Shown: positions 60,729 through 64,000 of the stretch, piece by piece | How positions within the stretch are numbered: the first letter of the stretch is position 1 | Layout: every line of letters begins with the position of its first letter | Source of the DNA: Pavona decussata | Taxonomy: Eukaryota | Length of the DNA: 64,000 bases | Reading direction: 5' to 3' | NCBI GenBank assembly: GCA_977016875.1 | Contig: CDRNST010000067.1 | Location: forward strand, 1,736,001-1,800,000 | Program-made: the position numbers and the translations under genes | Notes under the pieces: generated by a model | Told to the model about the DNA's origin: nothing | What the model saw: the letters and a program-made list of their open reading frames with translations, nothing else | Databases searched by the model: none

Positions 60729-61560
60729 ATGGAAAGTAAACAGTTTTCAGATGGCTCAGTGTGTCAGTACAAGGGAAAGATTCCGTTCTATGACATAAGT
60801 AATGCAGGCATTCCTACTGAACAGAATTTTTATGAGACCATCCATGGGAAGTCAGTTTGTGACGCTCTTGGGGCCATAGCAAAGCAAAGTGCAGGCCTTG
60901 ATGTACTGCGAAGAAAAGTGTTAATCAGAGATGCAGAGGAATTCTACAATTATTGTGACCAAAACCTCACTGTCCAGAACAAGCAGAAGACCAATTATGA
61001 TAGAAGAGTAGAAGTTTCAAAGCGGGAATACATTTTTGTATCCAAAAATGACATCCAACATGGACGAGATGCAAACCAGGCAAAAACTGTCAAAGGGAAT
61101 AGGATGCTCCATGTAGATGGTGCAGGCAAGTTACGAATCAGAAAGCTTTCGTGTCTCTGTGAAGGGTGCCGGAAATTGATGCAGTGTAGAAACATCAGTT
61201 ATGTGGGTCCATGGGAAACGAAGACCCTAGCCACGAGTCAAGCAAAAGAACCGGTAACTGTTGACAGAACAAGTGCAAGTAACAGTGACCTAGGGAACCA
61301 TGAAGCTAGCACTTTAACTGCTACAGCAACACAGCAGCAGCCACTACATGTAGCTACTGGAACATGGGTGGCTGTTTTTTATGATGACAAGTGGTACCCT
61401 GATGTAGTAAGAAGCCACTAATGAAAATGAAGCTGAGGTGAACTTTATGGAGTATGCAGGAAGATCTAGAGCACAGCACACATTTAAGTGGCTGCAAGAA
61501 GAAGACAGGGCATGGTTACCGAAGAAAGAAATCCTTTGCGCACTTTAGGAAGCGCCCAGT
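60729..61560 (+). pseudogene. DNA transposase C-terminal fragment (SDG...QYK / HGKS..DA.G family, tentatively Sola2-like)
   Basis: QFSDGSVCQYKG, FYETIHGKSVCDALG, RKLSCLCEGC and a Tudor-like GTWVAVFYDDKWYP. Confidence 0.65.
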
Positions 61561-62642
61561 TAATAACCGCCACTTTTCATTTTGCTAAGCCGTTTTTACA
61601 AAGGTTGACAGTATTTTTCAAAAAGTGTTGAATGTCTAAACTTGGAACTTGGAACTTGAAACTGGCTGAGTGATAACTGAACTTAGGACTGCTTTAATCA
61701 TGATTTTTTTTCCCCTGACCATTTGGAGTGGAACTCATTGTTAGCATTCAAAAACAAAACAGTTCATGTTCTTATTTTTGTATGAATTGTAGCACATTGT
61801 TGTATGAATAAGGTAATACTCTAAAAAATGTCCTGTCCGTAACCATTGCCTATGTTAGCTGATTGTAAACATCAGATTTGTTTATGCAACCAATTTATTT
61901 TGCATATATTTAAAGTAAGTACCCATCTTGTCAGTAGAATTAAGGCTACCTCCAATGGTGTAAAGCCTACCTCAAATTTTATCATTCTTGTTTACTACAT
62001 CCAGTTAAAAGTTGTTACTAGTATTTTAATTTGTTAAGTGCTCTTCTGCCAAATGCTGTTTATTACCATTTACAGAAAGAAACAGCTTTCAGAATACAAT
62101 TTCATCACGTCCCGTCCGTAACCTTATTTCATAACCATTCAGTAAATATTGGAGGTTTTTTCTAAAATAAGGTTAGTGTTTGTCCCCTAAGTATTGTTTC
62201 CAGTTACAATAAAGGTTGAATTTAAAATAAAATATTTGCACGCAAATAGGATTTTTATGCCCCTTTGTCTCTGTGTAATAAGTAAATGTAAATAGGAAAA
62301 GTCTTGGGGAGGAATCTATTGTAATTGAGGGAACCCCCTCTTGTATTTCATTGGTCAGGTGATCATTCGCTCCATGTACTCGTCATTCTTCTCTCGTTTT
62401 AGATCGATCAAGACGTGTTTTTTGTTGCAAGGTAAGCCTACAATTTTTTCCCTATCTCTTGTCTTTTGAGGGTTTTCGTCTCAATCATTGGTTTAGCTGC
62501 GGGTAACTTGTCCCCCCCCCCCCCACTTTTTTCTTGGCTCGTATACTTTTTGTGTCATCTTTGTTTGCATCGCATGATTTCTTTGTCTCACAAGCGCTTG
62601 CTCCCTCGTGGTCGTTGCTTTCTTAGTTGGGGTTTTTTTCCC

Positions 62643-63170
62643 ATGGCTTCTTATCGTCATACGGTTCTTGTCTTGGGTCATTCGTTCGTCCAGCGAACAA
62701 AGAAGCTCTTGAGGCTAAGTTTGATCCTCGGGTGGATATTTCTTTCGGCATCTCAGACGACGCCATTGTTCATTTACATGGCAAAGGTGGTCGTACGGTC
62801 CTTGGTTTGCGTAGTGATCTGGATGTTGTGTCTTCGCTCGCCCCCGATGTAGTCATTTTGGATATCGGCACAAATGATCACGCATCGAGGAGCTGGTGAA
62901 TTTGTTATTGGACACTTATTTGGTCCGAGCGATCGGTGTGTGAGGTGATACCTCAATTTGGCCAACCTGCCTTTAACGCAGCGGTCCCGGTCCTGAATCA
63001 ATATCTTCGGGTGGTTTTGGACCCGTTTTTTAATGTTTTTTGTTGGCAGCACAGGGGTTTTAGTAATCCCTCGGTGAGTCCGTATTTACCAGATGGTGTC
63101 CATGTGAATAAAATTGGGTCAATACTGGTTGTACCGGAGTTATCGTGGCGCCATGTTGCATACTTGTTCC
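62643..63170 (+). pseudogene. SGNH/GDSL hydrolase, frameshifted (Ngaro/DIRS-type accessory ORF)
   Basis: Blocks VLVLGHSFV, HGKGG, PDVVILDIGTND and YLPDGVHVN. No RT or recombinase nearby. Confidence 0.75.
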
Positions 63171-63600
63171 CTGTTGTATTTCACACCTTCGCTGTAACTG
63201 TATACTCTCCATTTTTATGTTTGCTTATTTATTCATTTTACTTTCTTGGGGCTAGTTTGCATGGGCGGCTGTCTCACACGGTCCATTTTTTATCCACTAT
63301 TAGTGTTTTTCTATTCATGCATGTTAATTTGAGGACTTGTTTCCCTGGTTGGCCATATTTGATCGAGATTTTTTCCCGATATACAATTTTGTTGCATTGT
63401 TTTGTTTTCGTTCCTTGCTTGAAGTCTGTTGTCGACCCAATTTTTTGTTCTGGGGCCTTGTTCCAGTAAAGCTCGAGGTTTTATTCCTTACTTTCTTTAT
63501 TGTTGTGGCTTTTTTCCACAACAATTTTTAATTTATTTATTTTTATTTATTGATTTATTTATTTATTAGACGTTTCTGAAACTTGCTATTGTGGTAGCAA

Positions 63601-64000
63601 TTAGGCGTTTAAGGAACTTGCGGTTGCGACGGCATTATGCCAGCCACGCTCGTTCCTGCCTTTCATACGCAATTTCTGTACCATTTATCCCGAGGCTTTT
63701 GTTCCTCTGTTTTGTTTAGTTGTCTTAGGCTCTGTTCCTGGTTTTCTGTTAGATGTTGCAAGGCTTTGTTCCTACATATTCTTATTTGATTAGGCGTTTA
63801 AGGAACTTGCGGTTGCGGCGGCATTATGCCAGCCATGCTCGTTCCTGTCCGAGCCTTTTGTTCCTTGGTTTTGGTTTGGTTGTCCCAGGCTCTGTTCCTG
63901 GTTTTATGTTAGATGTTGCGAGGCTTTGTTCCTCCACATTCTTTTTTGATTAGGCGTTTAAGGAACTTGCGGCTGCGGCACCCATGTGTCAGCCATGCTT
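63601..64000. repeat. Tandem direct repeats (units starting 63601, 63790, 63950; 189 and 160 bp)
   Basis: TTAGGCGTTTAAGGAACTTGCGG(T/C)TGCG recurs three times and the array runs off the window end. Confidence 0.9.

Overview
This is AT-rich eukaryotic (animal) genomic DNA. The repeat repertoire resembles a cnidarian such as a stony coral, but that is inference only. I find no intact host gene, rRNA, tRNA or CRISPR array; the window is a dense, nested pile of mostly decayed transposable elements. These include a paired-domain Tc1/IS630-like transposase, Sola-like fragments, CR1/L2 LINE fragments and a near-intact Helentron (2A-like motif, OTU, Rep, PIF1 helicase, AP endonuclease, plus a spliced RPA-like gene). 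There are also two Academ elements with long TIRs, a full-length Tx1/L1 LINE with TSD inserted in a Penelope-like element, further Penelope-like fragments (one with a minimal hammerhead), an intron-containing piggyBac, several MITEs and an SGNH-hydrolase (Ngaro/DIRS-like) remnant. Two observations stand out. (1) A spliced, decayed gene at ~52.3-57.9 kb carries the ordered catalytic motifs of a P-element/THAP9-type DDE transposase, but has a Cys-rich insert and a six-repeat NHL beta-propeller with an embedded SAP-like domain inside the catalytic core. (2) 20 of 23 orientable elements lie on the + strand, suggesting a minus-strand transcript over the region (a flamenco-like unistrand piRNA cluster, or a long intron). 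All family calls come from motif recognition by eye; no database searches were run.
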